A stretch of 64,000 bases of DNA, taken from contig NC_087472.1 of assembly GCF_036321535.1 (NCBI RefSeq), positions 97,404,001-97,468,000 of the forward strand, given 5' to 3'. Source of the DNA: Camelus dromedarius (lineage: Eukaryota). Positions 35,831-48,559 of this stretch are shown one piece after another. Made by a program: the position numbers and the translations under genes. The notes beneath the pieces are model-generated. The model was not told the DNA's origin and did not search any database. It was given only the letters and a program-made list of their open reading frames with translations. The first letter of the stretch is position 1. Every line of letters begins with the position of its first letter.

Positions 35831-36769
35831 GAGGTATATATAGTCTTTATTGGGTGAGACTGAATATATCAGTCCTGGCTCATTGGTTGTAAATCATAGA
35901 AAATAACTTAGTATAAATTAAATTAAAGAGAATTCATTGAAAGGGTAAAGGGAACTCACAGAACTGTTAGGAAGGCTGAAAGAGCTAGACCTGGAATGGA
36001 GCAGGACACAAGACAACTTCAGAGGCCCAGGAAGCAGAAAGGAGAAAAGTACCTCATGCCTGACAGCATCTGGTTAGGATGCCTCTTCTGCTCACTGAAT
36101 GGATTCTACCATTATCAGGCTGGGGAAATGGGATAACGAACTTCCACCATTATTATTCTGTTTAAGAGTGAGATTCCAGAGAGGAGTATTCCCCTTGGCT
36201 GAGGGAAAGAAGCTATGGCTAAGTTTTAAAGTAAATTAAGAGAGTTACTAGGAAATAAGAAGGAATGCCGAGTACCATAAAAATCAAATGCCTGCCACTC
36301 AAGGACTTTCATTTTCTGTTCTGGTTACTGTATTTTTATGGGATTAGTACTAATGTATTAATAACTGAACAGAACTACATAAACACTATTTTAAAATGGA
36401 AATAAATTAATATAGTAGTTTTTCACTGTAATATTAATATATATGCATTATAGACCATTTGGATGATAGTAGAAAACTAGAAGGGGAGAAACGAATCATC
36501 TATAGACTCACTACTGAGAAGCAATCACTCTTAAAATTCATTAATTTTTTTGACATAGGTTATGTTTCTTTAATGAACCAAAATATTTTAGTTTTAAATT
36601 AATCTTCACAAAATATTATACAGGGAAATAATTGGACATAAATTCCAATATGTCGTCTGAATTCAGTGCTTCCCACACTTCTGCTATTGGGAACACCACC
36701 ATCACACCACCCATTTTTGCAATATGGGATGTTTAAAGAAGTGACTGATTCAATATCAACCCACCTTTT

Positions 36770-37015
36770 AAAAATTAAGACTTTATTCTTTGAGAGCAAT
36801 TTTAGGTTTACAGCGAAGTTAAGGGGAGGTCAGATTTTGTATATACCTCCTGACCCCACACACACATAGCCTTTCCCTGTATAAACATCCTCCACCAGAG
36901 TGGTACATTTGTTGCTGATGAACCTACACTGACACATCATAATCACCTGAAGTCCATAGTTTACATTAGGGTTCACTCTTGGTGTTATACATTCTATGGC
37001 TTTGGACAAATGTAT
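36770..37015 (-). mobile_element. L1MC1/2-like 3' end
   Basis: agactttattctttgagagcaattttaggtttacagc...caccagagtggtacatttg...agtttacattagggttcactcttggtgtt. Confidence 0.8.
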
Positions 37016-37545
37016 ACCCAGTTACTAGTAAATTGGTGAATAACAAATCACTCCTAAACTTAGCACAGCAAATCTCATTTTTATTATTTCTTACCTCAAT
37101 CAAGAATTTAGGAAGAAATTGAGTGGTTCTGGCTGGCTCCGGTCTCTCACATATGTATAATTAGATGGAGCTGAAACAATGGGGGCTAGAGCAATTTGGG
37201 GCTTCCTAGGAATGTCTCTCTTCATGTAATCTCAGGTTTCTCTATTTGATCTTCATTCATGGGGTAGTCTGGGTTTACTTATGGCCGGCAGTCTCATGAT
37301 GACTGAAGTCTTCATGAGAGAATATTCCAGTTGACAAATGAGTTTTATTGCCTTCTGTGACCTATATTCAGTGTCACTTCTGCCTCATTCTAGTGGTTAT
37401 AAGCAAGTCAAAGCCTATCCAGATTCAAGGACATGAGATAGATATCCCATCTCTCAGTGGGAATAGCATCAAGATCGCATTGCAAAAAGGCGCATGGGAT
37501 GGGAGATACTGTTGTGTTATCTTTGGAGTATATAGTGTGCTATAC
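37016..37545 (-). mobile_element. MLT1-type MaLR LTR
   Basis: aataacaaatcactcctaaacttagc...gtgtcacttctgcctcattctagtggttataagcaagtca...ccagattcaagg. Confidence 0.7.
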
Positions 37546-40299
37546 CTTCTGTAATTAGGAAATTTCAACTCTTCTGGACTCAAAGTGTGTAAGTCTGTAC
37601 ACTGAATTAAACTTTTGTAGGAGGGTAGCTCTACAAAATGAAATCAGTCTTTCTTCTGCTTTTATAGAGGAAACATAGCTTCGCATATAATTCTTTAAAA
37701 ATCTGCTGAAAGCTGGACTCCAAATTTTTCCTTGGTAATGCCTAGAGAAGAAATTTTATAGTAATGAAAGAGCACTAGATTGATAATCATAAGTTCTGTG
37801 GTTATACCCTCTCCTTGCCACTATCTTTGGCTACTGAATCTCAGTTTGACTCTCTGTGAAATGGAAATACTATTTCTCCTGTGAACTCCATAGCTTTATG
37901 TCGAAGAGCAAGTGAGATTGTTAGTGTGAAACTGAGAGAAAATGCCAGGTAAAAATGAGATACTGCTGTTGTTCTTCTAAATAATTGTAATGTTTTATAG
38001 CCTATAAGGGGCAAGAAGCTCTTCCTAGTATCTGACTTAAATGCGTTCATTTGCCACAGCTCCCTGTAACTAACCAAATTGAAATTGATTGTGTTTATTT
38101 CCCTCTGGTAAAATGGTGACAAAGTCACATGCAGAGGTTTCGATATGTTACCACTGTTATTTTCACAATATCGTGCCATATAATTTGATTTGTATTCTGT
38201 GCATCACATAAGCCTTTTGCTCAGTGAGCAAACAGTACTGAGCGTCTAGCTTCTAGCGTTATTACTCCAGAATCCCTAAATCATTTTCCTGATCATTGCG
38301 TTGCATTGCTACCACTTAATATGGATCTTCTGTTTTGGTTCATTGTCTCTAGACTTATTATTTTACATTTGTCTGCATTTAACTGCATTCTCGGTTTATT
38401 GGTCCAGTCACCATGAGGTACCAATCTGTCTGAATCGTGCCATTGTTCTTGTTCCTAAATTCTGTATATATACCATATAAAACTAATAAAAATATATGTA
38501 CCTTAGAGAAGGTTATGAATATTTTACTGGTTATACTTCAGGGTCAGACTAACAACTCAAAACAGGTCAAGCCAGTGTTCAAGGTACCAGGCCACTGAAC
38601 AGAGCTTCCAGGAGGGAAGGAAGCCAATATTTTCCAACGGAAAGCTTTGATAAAATCTGGTTCACTCTATAAAGTTGTGCCATATTTACTGGTGGCCTAG
38701 GGCTCATACTTTTAGAAATCTCATTTTATCTTTGTTTAAATATCCATATTATAGTCCCTTTAAAAATAGTTTTTCTGAAAAGAAGTGTGATCCATTCAAA
38801 AGTAGACTGCCTATGTCAGAAAAGTGATTAGCTTGGACCACTGTTAAGAAATTTGCTTAAAAAATAGGTAAACACATTAAATCAAAATTAAGTTCTAATG
38901 ACGTCTAGTTTTATGCATGCAAAACATGTTTGGGGCCTACTATGTGTCAGGAAGTTAGCATTCAATTCTATATGGAATGTCTTTATGTGTTCCTATAGAG
39001 AGATGTTAGATGTACAGCATAGGATATGATTAATTCTGCCTGGGAAGTTTAGGAAATGTTGAAAAGAACAAGAACTGGGTTTAAGAGACAGTAGAGTATT
39101 GAGCCATTTTCTTGTTTGGCTGTGAGACATTGCAGAGTATGAAGGGAACACATAGCACAGAGAAGATACAGTCTGTTACGTCCCTGGTCCTTCTTCACCT
39201 GCCAGAGCTTCTGGAAGTGATAGAAACACCTGCAGGAAGGACTCCTGGGGATTTAGAAAGATGATCAGGGATACTATCTAAAGCTTACTGAGGATAGTGA
39301 GATATTCCTATTGAAGGGTCACGGAGAAGAAATCAGCAGGGGACCTTGAGGTAAGAGCTCTAAAGAGCCAGGCATTAGTTAAGCAGACAAAAGCAGCCAG
39401 TCCCTGTGTTCTTTTAAAAGATGCATAGACTTGCGACAGGAGTTTATGTGTGTGTCCGTGTGCAGAGAATCAGAAAAAAATTATCTATGGTAGTGCTTCA
39501 AAAGAAAATTAAGAAAACTTGAATATAATATTAACGCTATATTTTACTAACTTATTTTGACAAAACCTTAACGTCACTGAATGGAAGAGAATATTGTGAT
39601 TTCTTATTGGTTCCTTTAGCAAAGCCAAGTGACAGTATAAGTTAGTTTTCTTCAACTGATAATTAATTATCCATGGCAGAGGAAGTATTAAGGCAGCAAA
39701 AATGTCCCTTTCCCGAAGGAGTTGGCCATGACATGGGAGACAGTCAGTCATAAACACAAGGAAGAATAAGTGATCAATCTGAGCTCGTTTGGTAATTTAT
39801 CTCTCCCTTCACTTTGAATGGCTATAGCATTTATTGTATGTTCTGCCTAATTTAGCACTTAATAACATAGTTTCTCATTGTCCTCTAATTGATAAATGAA
39901 AGTCTTCCTTCTCCAACCAGACTGTATTCTCCCTAAGGGCAGGGGACTTTGTTCTTGTCTTGTCTACTCTCTCCTCATCTACCAGTGCCCAGTGGAATGA
40001 TTAGTGGGCAGCTATTAAGTGTCCTGTGAATACATACTTGTTGAGGTCTAAGGGACCATGTAATCAGGCTTAGTTATTTTGCTTCTTCAGCCGCAGTTTC
40101 TTTTTCTAGAAGATAACCAAGTTAAACTCAGTGATTTCTAAGGCCTTTTCCAGACCTGGGGATCTTTAAATTAAGATTTTAATCTGCCTGTATTTTGCTG
40201 GATGGAATAAACTGACTATTAACACCCATAATCAGATATTAACATTACACGTATATCTGACAGTTTTCTTAATTGTGAAGTCAGCATATTACTTACTTC

Positions 40300-40870
40300 A
40301 TCCAACTATCCATAAAACTGTTTCAACAGATAAACAGTATGCACATACTGTGGGCCAGGTATTTTAGGAGATGCCGCAGAATTACTGGTGAAGAAGGTTG
40401 ATACAGATCTCGCTTTCCCAAAGCTTATAATTACCAAGGAATAAAGGAAGACAGATAATTAAACAATAGCCACAGAGTGAGATGAAGGCTATGCTGGGAG
40501 TAAGGACCCAGTTATGGGGGCACATATCTGAGTGCCCAAACCTGTCTCTTGGGCTTCTGAAAGTCTTGCTTGCTAGTGGTATTTGGTCTAAGATGACCAG
40601 AAGGATTAGGATGGATCAGCCAGTCGAAGTGGAGGAGCAGAAGGAGAAGCTGTGGAAAGATCCGGAAGTAGGAGAGAGCGTGAATACTGAAGGAATGCCA
40701 GTTAGGTCTGGAGTGAGATTTTAAGGAAGAGGTGAGGTGAGATATGAGTTACGGAGATGGGCCAAAAGTCAGACCTTTGAAGCATGTTAGAACTTCTCTT
40801 AAGGAGCATGGAAGCTACTAGAGGATAAGGAGGGATGACATGAACATATTTGTTCTTTTAAGAAAAATAC
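40300..40870 (-). mobile_element. L2 fragment
   Basis: atactgtgggccaggtatttt...gctatgctgggag...ggaagctactagagg...tgacatgaacatatttgttcttt. Confidence 0.6.
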
Positions 40871-41199
40871 TTCAATTGTCCTTTCATGCTTTATGTTCCA
40901 GCCATTGAAATCCACATTTCCGACATAATCTAAGATCATTTGTATCTGACGTAAATATGAAATGATGACTTTTACTCTGTTATAGATAGCAAATACTCCT
41001 AACCAATTCTGACATATTTTAGTGTTTTTCAGCAGAGATAGACCATAGCTGTTTTAAGTAACATCAGTGCAAATTGAAAAAAGTTAGTGCCTATAATTAT
41101 TTTTATAACTAACTTGTTGATACCCTCAATAATGTGTTTTTTTTTTTAAATAGTTGCTGATCAATAAAATTGTTCAGTGCTGAGTTGATATGAAAGAAC

Positions 41200-41432
41200 A
41201 GCCAAGTTCATTGGAAAGTGCATAGACTGTGGATTTGGATGTATACTACACACTAACTCCTTAATTGTTAACAGCGAGGGCTTGAGTAATTCATTTGACC
41301 TCTCTGCGTTTCAGCCTCCCTTCTGGAAAATGGAGACAATAAATCAGGTTTTTTGTAAGGATTAGAAGGATTTTTTTGTAACATATCTAGCAAATGATCT
41401 CACGTACAATAATGGACTCAATAAATATTAGT
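41200..41432 (+). mobile_element. MIR SINE
   Basis: ttgagtaattcatttgacctctctgcgtttcagcctcccttctggaaaatggag...gactcaataaatattagttcc. Confidence 0.7.
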
Positions 41433-42109
41433 TCCTTTTCTCTCCCTCAAAGGCTCTTTTCTCTCCAGTAGGAAATGGAAACCATTTGGTGTTTCTGTTT
41501 ATTTTATATCAAAAACTTAATAAGAACTACTGCATGACAAACATGCTTGCTAGGAATTAAGGAGGGGAATATGAATTATTAGCATCTGCCATGAAACTCA
41601 GGCTAGTGGGATATAAAGATGTATTATAAAAAAATCAGATAATGTTTTCCTTCTCCAATCCCTAACCTTCCCTCACAGGACAAAGAATTGCTTAGTGTCT
41701 TTGGAAGTAGATTTTGATCATGTCTCAGATTAATCAGACAAGCAGAAGACTTGAAGAGAGTCATAGACATGCCCAATGGGAATGTTTTTAGAGTTCCATT
41801 AAACCTTTTATTCAGGTCAAGTTTATAGGAGCCATAGTTCAAACAAACCTACCTCCACCAATTCCACATAAAACACGTTAGGGGAAGTATGTAATTCTGT
41901 TTGAAAAAGTCAGCAAGTATAAATGACTAATACCAGGTAGAAATTGAAAAGTGTGGATCAATAATATTTATTCAGAGCCTACTGTATTAGTAATAATAGC
42001 ATTATATGTAATACTTGTATTTTAGAAACACTTAAATAGCCTTTTAATGTTTGATTCACATTGTAAAAGTAATATTTGCATTTTAGAAACAAATATGTAA
42101 GCAGCCTAA

Positions 42110-42350
42110 TATTTACTGGCATTTACTGAACGCTTCATATATGCCTGGCTCTTTGCTAAGCCCTTTATTTGCATTAGCTTATCCACACATCAAACCTACA
42201 AGATGACTATTATGATTATTTTCATTTTATATGAGGAAACTAAGGCACTGAGAGGTAAAGGAACTTGTCTAAAGACTCAGCTAATAAATCTGGTAGCTGG
42301 AATTGTAACCCAGGCAGTTTGGCCCCTATGCTCATTACCTCTATGCTCCG
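42110..42350 (-). mobile_element. MIR SINE
   Basis: cattttatatgaggaaactaaggcactgagaggtaaaggaacttgtctaaag. Confidence 0.75.
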
Positions 42351-42635
42351 CTGCCTCTGTATGTGATACTGGACACCACATGCAGCTCAACGTGCCTGAT
42401 GCGATCTGCCAGGTTTTCTCTCCATCAGGACAACAAAGAGGAGAATATATGAACCGTGACCTCCAAGAACACAAGATCTAATTGAGAGACAAACTCACTG
42501 ACAAGCGATTATGGTACTACCTAATAATTACTTATACACTGTTTATTTCCCCAGATGCTGGGCAGGAGGGGTGGGGATACTCAGGGTGAAAGATATAAAC
42601 AATGCACTCAAGTAATGTACCCTGTATTACCTAAG

Positions 42636-42940
42636 GCAAAGTTTGCAAAACAGCAGCTCCAGTTTTGACTTTCAGGGTTTTTTTTTAAGTTGAATTAGTT
42701 GCCAGCATATGAAAATCAGATTTTTCATAAAATTCAAGATTTCTAGTTTCTTCTGAAAAACTAGAATATCTGATAATACTGGGTCCATAGTAGACGATGA
42801 CAAAACTCACCCTGAGTTGAGCAGCTGGTACTGCTTTAAAAAGGGGATGGGCCCTTCTATTAACTATAGGACCCAGCAGTCATGCTGCACCCATTCATGG
42901 CACCTGTTCCCTGTAGGTGTATCAGTTTTGCAACCTGCTT
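42636..42940. mobile_element. MER102-like hAT-Charlie MITE
   Basis: ttgaattagttgccagcat...cataaaattcaagatttctagtttcttctgaaaaac...cctgtaggtgtatcagttttgcaacctg. Confidence 0.7.
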
Positions 42941-43046
42941 TTTCTAAGGGTGCAAGCTTCCCCAGGGCTTCATTATTTATCTGGGTATGTAGTGGCATCA
43001 CTGATACCTAAATAATTGGAGTAGCTTTGTCCTGGTCACTCATAAT

Positions 43047-43380
43047 CAGAGACAGACTCACCATTGAGCTGATGAAGCATAAGCTCTAGGGCTCATCTCT
43101 TGTGTGACGCCCAAGACTCTGGGAAGGTTCTAGTAATGTGTTTACATAATCATGTTTTTGAAAAATTCTGGAAAAGTTGGCTATTTTAACTGCAGTTAGT
43201 TAATGCTGTCTCTGTTCTTAGTTTCTTTCCTACACACTCCCCTATGTTAGGAGTATTGGAGCGGCTGTGGGAATTCAAAATAAGTATTCTCTTCTAAATA
43301 AATATTCATTTTGCATCCATTTAAGCTTTCTTTTTTCTTAAAGAGGGCCTCTACATTATGTAAGCTTCAATCTCCCTCTG
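43047..43380. mobile_element. hAT-Tip100-type MITE (MER96B/MER115-like)
   Basis: TIR-like ends cagagacagact / aatctccctctg; internal gctgatgaagcataagctctagggc and aaagagggcctctacattatgtaagcttca. Confidence 0.6.
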
Positions 43381-43409
43381 CCCAGGATGCTTCATTCAGA
43401 CTCTAAAGG

Positions 43410-43835
43410 CAGTGTGTGCTGAGATCAGTTTGTATGCTTGTAAGAGCTGATGTTACATTATCGGGAATTTTATGAGCAGGTTGTAAACTCAGGCATTAGG
43501 AATGAAATTATATAAACTTACAATTAATTATATTATACAAGTAAAATGACTCCTCAAAACTTATCAATTCCTAATTATTTTACTACATTTTATTATTATC
43601 TGTGCTCTTGAGGTTATTTAAATCTCTCTTACCTGTATGGTACTATATACTGGGAAATACTATATAATGGGAAAGTGTACATCTCTTCCCAACTCCGTGT
43701 ACAGTGGCATCCTGTTGATAACTTGAACTTGGCCATGATAAGAATATTTATACCATATAAATTGGACAACTACAAATCGAGGCTTTTTTTTTTTTCTGGG
43801 GAATCAATTTTCACATGTTTACCAATATACCACTC
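43410..43835. mobile_element. MER63B-like hAT MITE, near full length
   Basis: Ends cagtgtgtgctg / ccaatataccact; degenerate TSD tctaaagg (43402-43409) / tcccaagg (43836-43843); internal cctaattattttactacattttattattatctgtgctcttgagg. Confidence 0.75.
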
Positions 43836-44239
43836 TCCCAAGGTTGGCTGGTAATCGATACGGAGACTGCAGCATTGCTGGTGCCATCTTCCCTAGGGCA
43901 AGCAAGGACATAGATCCAAGCTATCGAAATGGCTCGTGGATACCTCATTATGCATTTGGCTGCTTAAAAATGTTTTCTCTTCTTCCCTTGTCGTAGATAA
44001 AGGGAGAAATCCAAGGATCGGCTCCTGTTCAGAAAATTTACGCTCTGAATAGAGGTATATTTTAAGTGTAGTGGGAGCATAGCAGAAGAGGTACCTAACT
44101 CAGCCTAAGAGGGAGGTAGTATTGTTCGGGGAAATACTCTGAAAAATAGGGTAAACCCCCAGAATTTTTGAATAAGATAAAAAAGTTCTACAATGCAAAA
44201 TAGAAACTAATAAAATAATTAGGTTGACAACCAGTGGTG

Positions 44240-45085
44240 GATGACAGCTTTCTTTTATTGAGCTTTGAATGCAGTAGGCTTTTTGCTAAACATAGTAGTA
44301 TTTGATTTCATTTGACTCTCAAAATAAATAACTCTTTGAGGTTGATATTATGCCCGTTTTACAAAAGGAACCAAAGGCTCAGAGAGTTAAAGCAATTTTA
44401 AAAGATCACTAGCTAGTAAAATGTTTAGTTAGAATTAGAACTTGGGTTAATCTGACTGTAGACCCCCAGCCAGCTCTTAAATATGATGCTATGCAGCCTG
44501 TGTGGCAAGCACAATGGACATGACACAAGAGCATTTTTCAAATAATTTGTGACTCATAGACTGTAAACTCTGATGCAATTAATTATCACATGTTCAAACT
44601 CTTGTAGGAATTTGTGTGATATCGAGTTAAGCAAACTTGAACAGTCAATATTCTGTGCCATACACCTGAAATAATATAATATTGTAAATCAACTATATTT
44701 CAATGAAAATTTTTGTGATCTTAAGCAAATTGATTAATCTCTCTTTGCTTCAGTTTTCTGATCCTTAAAATAATCCCCCCCTTAACATCGTTGTGAGGAA
44801 TAAATCATACAATAAAATGCCTTGCATAGGGTCTGTTACACTGTAAGGGTATAACAGTATAGCTAACAGATATCAAAGGTTTTCTATCTGTCAAGCTCTA
44901 CTCTAACCACTTTTCATATATTACCTAATTCATTCCTATCAGGCAAATACTATTATTATTTCCATTTTATAGATGAGAAAACTGAGGAACAGAGAGTAAA
45001 TAAGATGCCCAAAGGCATAACACTTAGTAAGGGTAAGACTGAGATTCAGCCTCTGGCTGTCTGGCTCTTAACCACTATGCTACAG
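44240..45085. mobile_element. Three MIRs (-, +, -), the middle one interrupted by a short L1 tail (~44621-44707)
   Basis: ggctcagagagttaaagcaa; tctctttgcttcagttttctgatcc; ccattttatagatgagaaaactgagg; L1 tail acacctgaaataatataatattgtaaatcaactat with TSD-like aatttgtgtgat / aatttttgtgat. Confidence 0.65.
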
Positions 45086-46384
45086 GAAATATTTATTATT
45101 TTATTATTACTATAAATAATAATACTACATTTGGGGTTAGAAGATTTTTTATTCAACAGTGAGTTATCATCATCATACTTGAGTTTATAATATAAAAAAA
45201 TGTGGTTACAGCCTTAAAGCTGATAGGCTAGTTGGAAATTAGATTTGCAAATGAGCAGTTATAATACTGTGATATATATTATAGAAGAAGAGAAAACACT
45301 TAACGTTGTTGAAGATGTTTAGTATGTTCTTCACAGGGAAAACACAAGGTAACACTAAGAAAGAGAAGGCTCGTGTCTCATAGAAAAGTGAGAAAACAGG
45401 CATTAAAGGAAGAATATACAAGAGAAGAGACATAGAGGTATTCATTTATTTCTTTAACAGGTATTTGTAGAGCTACTACTATACCAGGCAAATTCTGAGT
45501 GTTAGAGATATAGTGGTAAATAAGATAGAAGCTTTCTGGAGCGCATCCAGTAAGAAATAGAATATTCAAGGGAGGACATGTAATTCAAGATAGTTGGGCC
45601 GTGGGACATTTGAGTGGGAGTGGTAGTAGATGGTGATGCTAGAAAGGTAGGCAAGATCCAAGTTAGCAAGTGCAGGGGGACAGAAAGACTCCTTGACTCT
45701 GGGTACAATCTCAGTTTTCCCCTCCCACTCATTTGCTGCCCAGAAGCTCAAGACCACTATTGATAAGAAATGAGGGTGCTCTTCTACAGAGGGCTGCTAC
45801 TTTTGTAGGCTAGTATAATGCCTTTCACTGTTCCCCATTCCTGTTCGTACCTTTCTTCCCATATTTCTTTATAATTCTACAACTTCAAGAAAATAATTGA
45901 GTAGCAAGTGGGGAGGTGGCAGTAACACATCCTTGGAAATATCGACTGCTTGGGCAAAGCTAGGTCTGAAATAGGGGATCCACGGTGACAACATGTGTTA
46001 AAAATGAGAATTTATTAATATTATTAATGTATTAGTAGTATTAATTTCTTCTCCTTAAAGATACAAGGGAGTGACAACAATGGGGAAATTGAGATTTTGT
46101 TTCAGAAGGCATAGAAGCACTAGGTGAAGAATGCAAGATGAAGGATTATCGATGTTTCCAACTTGCCATTTTAACTACAGACATAAGATAGAAATTTGAA
46201 TCGCACCCAGGTGAACAGATTATTCAGCCAAGGAAAAGCCACATAGCAAATACCTACGTAAATGGGAAAAATAAATAAAACACGTGGCACTCATGGAAAA
46301 GGTACTACCCAAGTGAGTGAAAAACAATATCCTTCTGAAAACTTAGAGGAGGAGTGGACCTCTGAAAATTATTTATTACAGGAG

Positions 46385-47110
46385 TTAGGAGATTATGAAA
46401 ATTTTCTGAAGGCCTCTTAACTGTTAGTTTTTAAACTCTATTCTATGGAGTTGTAGGATTTTTAAACATTGTTCAGTGTTTCAGCAAAGATAACTTTCAC
46501 ACGAAGATGGAAACACATATATGGCATCATTCAAATGAAGTTACATAATAGGGAAATTCAGATTATTGGTGAAAAGCTCATTAACACCTGTGATATTGCT
46601 ATTGTCCTTGAGGAAAGTGTGAACAAGATGAGCAGTCTGATACAAAAGTAGTAACATAACTAATGTCTCGTAATAAAGCCCAGAGAAGAATACTCACAAA
46701 ATAAACCTGAATTCATTTGAATGCCGAGATTATATGAAATTTTTGCAATTTAGCTAAGAGTATGATTTTTATGGATCGCTCCAGTTTTCCTTTTTTTAAA
46801 GCTATGGTGTCTACAGGAAATGTTGCTATTTTGTAAAACATTTGATATATAGTCAATATAACAAAAAATTTAAGGTGTTTTCAATGTGTTTTTAACCATC
46901 ACCAAATAAGATGGAATATGTTCAGTGATAGCTGTATTGCTAATGGAAAAACAATGGCAAGAAAAATAGAAAGAATGGCCCCTTATAAAAGTAGTTTTTA
47001 AAATGTCAAATATTCACTGTATGTTGTGAAAACAAATACTAAGATGCCAGCATCTTTCAAAATAGTATTGATTGGTGTCATAAATCATCGTTTTATTTCA
47101 GCTCATGTTC
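46385..47110 (+). pseudogene. Fossil hAT/Charlie (Buster-type) transposase coding fragment with many stops and frameshifts
   Basis: Collinear motifs from manual translation: ASFK*SYIIGK (46524), IIGEKLI (46562), MSRNKAQRRI (46663), FAI*L (46742), QEMLLFCKT (46814), FNHHQIRWNMFSDSCIANGKTMARK (46891), IHCML* (47012), KMPASFKIVL (47041). Confidence 0.85.
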
Positions 47111-47169
47111 ACCCTCATTCTCCCTCTTTCCTTCTCTCTTTCCCCTCCCTCCCTCCATCTTTATTTTTC

Positions 47170-47620
47170 AAACTAGAGATAGGTTTATTTTCTGAGTGTA
47201 CATAAGTAATACATGTTTATTGTTAAAAAAGAAAAAATATCAAGAGAACAGAGAAAAATAAGGGAGAAAACCAAACTATTGCCCACACAGTACCTCTGCT
47301 AATGTTTTGGTATTTGTAATTCTAGACATTTTCTAAGCATATATTCCCAAACATTGAAAAACACATTATATTATAATAGGCCTTTTCAAATTATGATGCC
47401 AATGTGTGATTGCATTGTAATTTTCAACGAACACCTAATATTCCATTGATCGTCATAATTTAATCAATCCTCTATTGATTATTTAGTTTTTTCTATTTTT
47501 TATATTATAAAAATCAATTGCCACAAATATGTTTGTGCACACAGCCTTTAGCATTTATTTTACTATTCTTTAAGATAAATTACTAAGCGAAATTGCCACC
47601 TGAGAAGGTATTTACAGGAT
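47170..47620 (-). mobile_element. Old L1ME 3' fragments
   Basis: taagtaatacatgtttattgttaaaaaa...ctaatgttttggtattt...atattccattg...taatcaatcctctattgat. Confidence 0.55.
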
Positions 47621-48559
47621 TTCTTGTTTTAATAATAATTTAAATATTTAATTGAATATATACATAATCATTCTTAGAGAAGAAAAATTAAAACAATAAT
47701 TTAACAAAAATCCCAATATCTGAAGAAAAATGTTTAATACTTGGAGAGCTTCCTTCTTCATCCCTAATATCTTTCTGTCTGCATGGATAAGATAGATGGA
47801 TATATAGAGAGAGAGGTGAAAACAAGGGAAGGAGAAAGGATGGCTGTCTGGATATGTGGGAACATCTGGGAATTAGAAAGCAGATGAGAGTAAGTGAAAA
47901 GATACATTAAGCATAGATAATATCATGCTGTAAGGGCCTTCACAGGATTAGCAGACAGATCCTGGACTTGGTGTTAGCAGAGAAGAGGGCAGAGGTAAAA
48001 AGTAGATATGAAAATTGGGGAGCTAATTGAAGAACAACTGAAGTTTCTTTTCCTCCCAAACACCCCACCTACCACCACCACATACACACTTGGAGGGGGA
48101 GGAGGATGGAGCGGGAGCAAGGGTGGGGAGAGAGAGAGAAAGGGAATATGAGTATGAATATGAATGAAGAAGAAATAGGGGACCATTTAAGATACCGAAG
48201 TAACTTACATGATTTATTTAGGGGATAGTTGGTTCAACACATTCTTTGGGGAAAGGGCTAGTGTTGGATGTAATGAAAGGTGGTTGCTGGAAAGGGAAAT
48301 TAGAATTCTGATGTTGGAAGGCTTGTCTAATGAAATAGACAAAAGCGTTTGGGGTTTCCAGTATGCATGTTGCTGACCCTAAGTCAAATCCTTCTCACCT
48401 GTAGCACATGAAGGTTTTAACACTGACATTGGCTTCTTTTTCTAATACCTTAAAGTAAAGGTGGGCAATTTATATGCCCTATCCAGACACATAGAGAGCT
48501 CCAAGTTAGAATTTGCACTGAAGGGTCATAATATCTATAACATTATAAATTGTGAACTT

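Noticed and set aside
44710..45085. Adjacent inverted MIR pair as a dsRNA hairpin
   Set aside because: The copies are too diverged to form a convincing duplex by eye.
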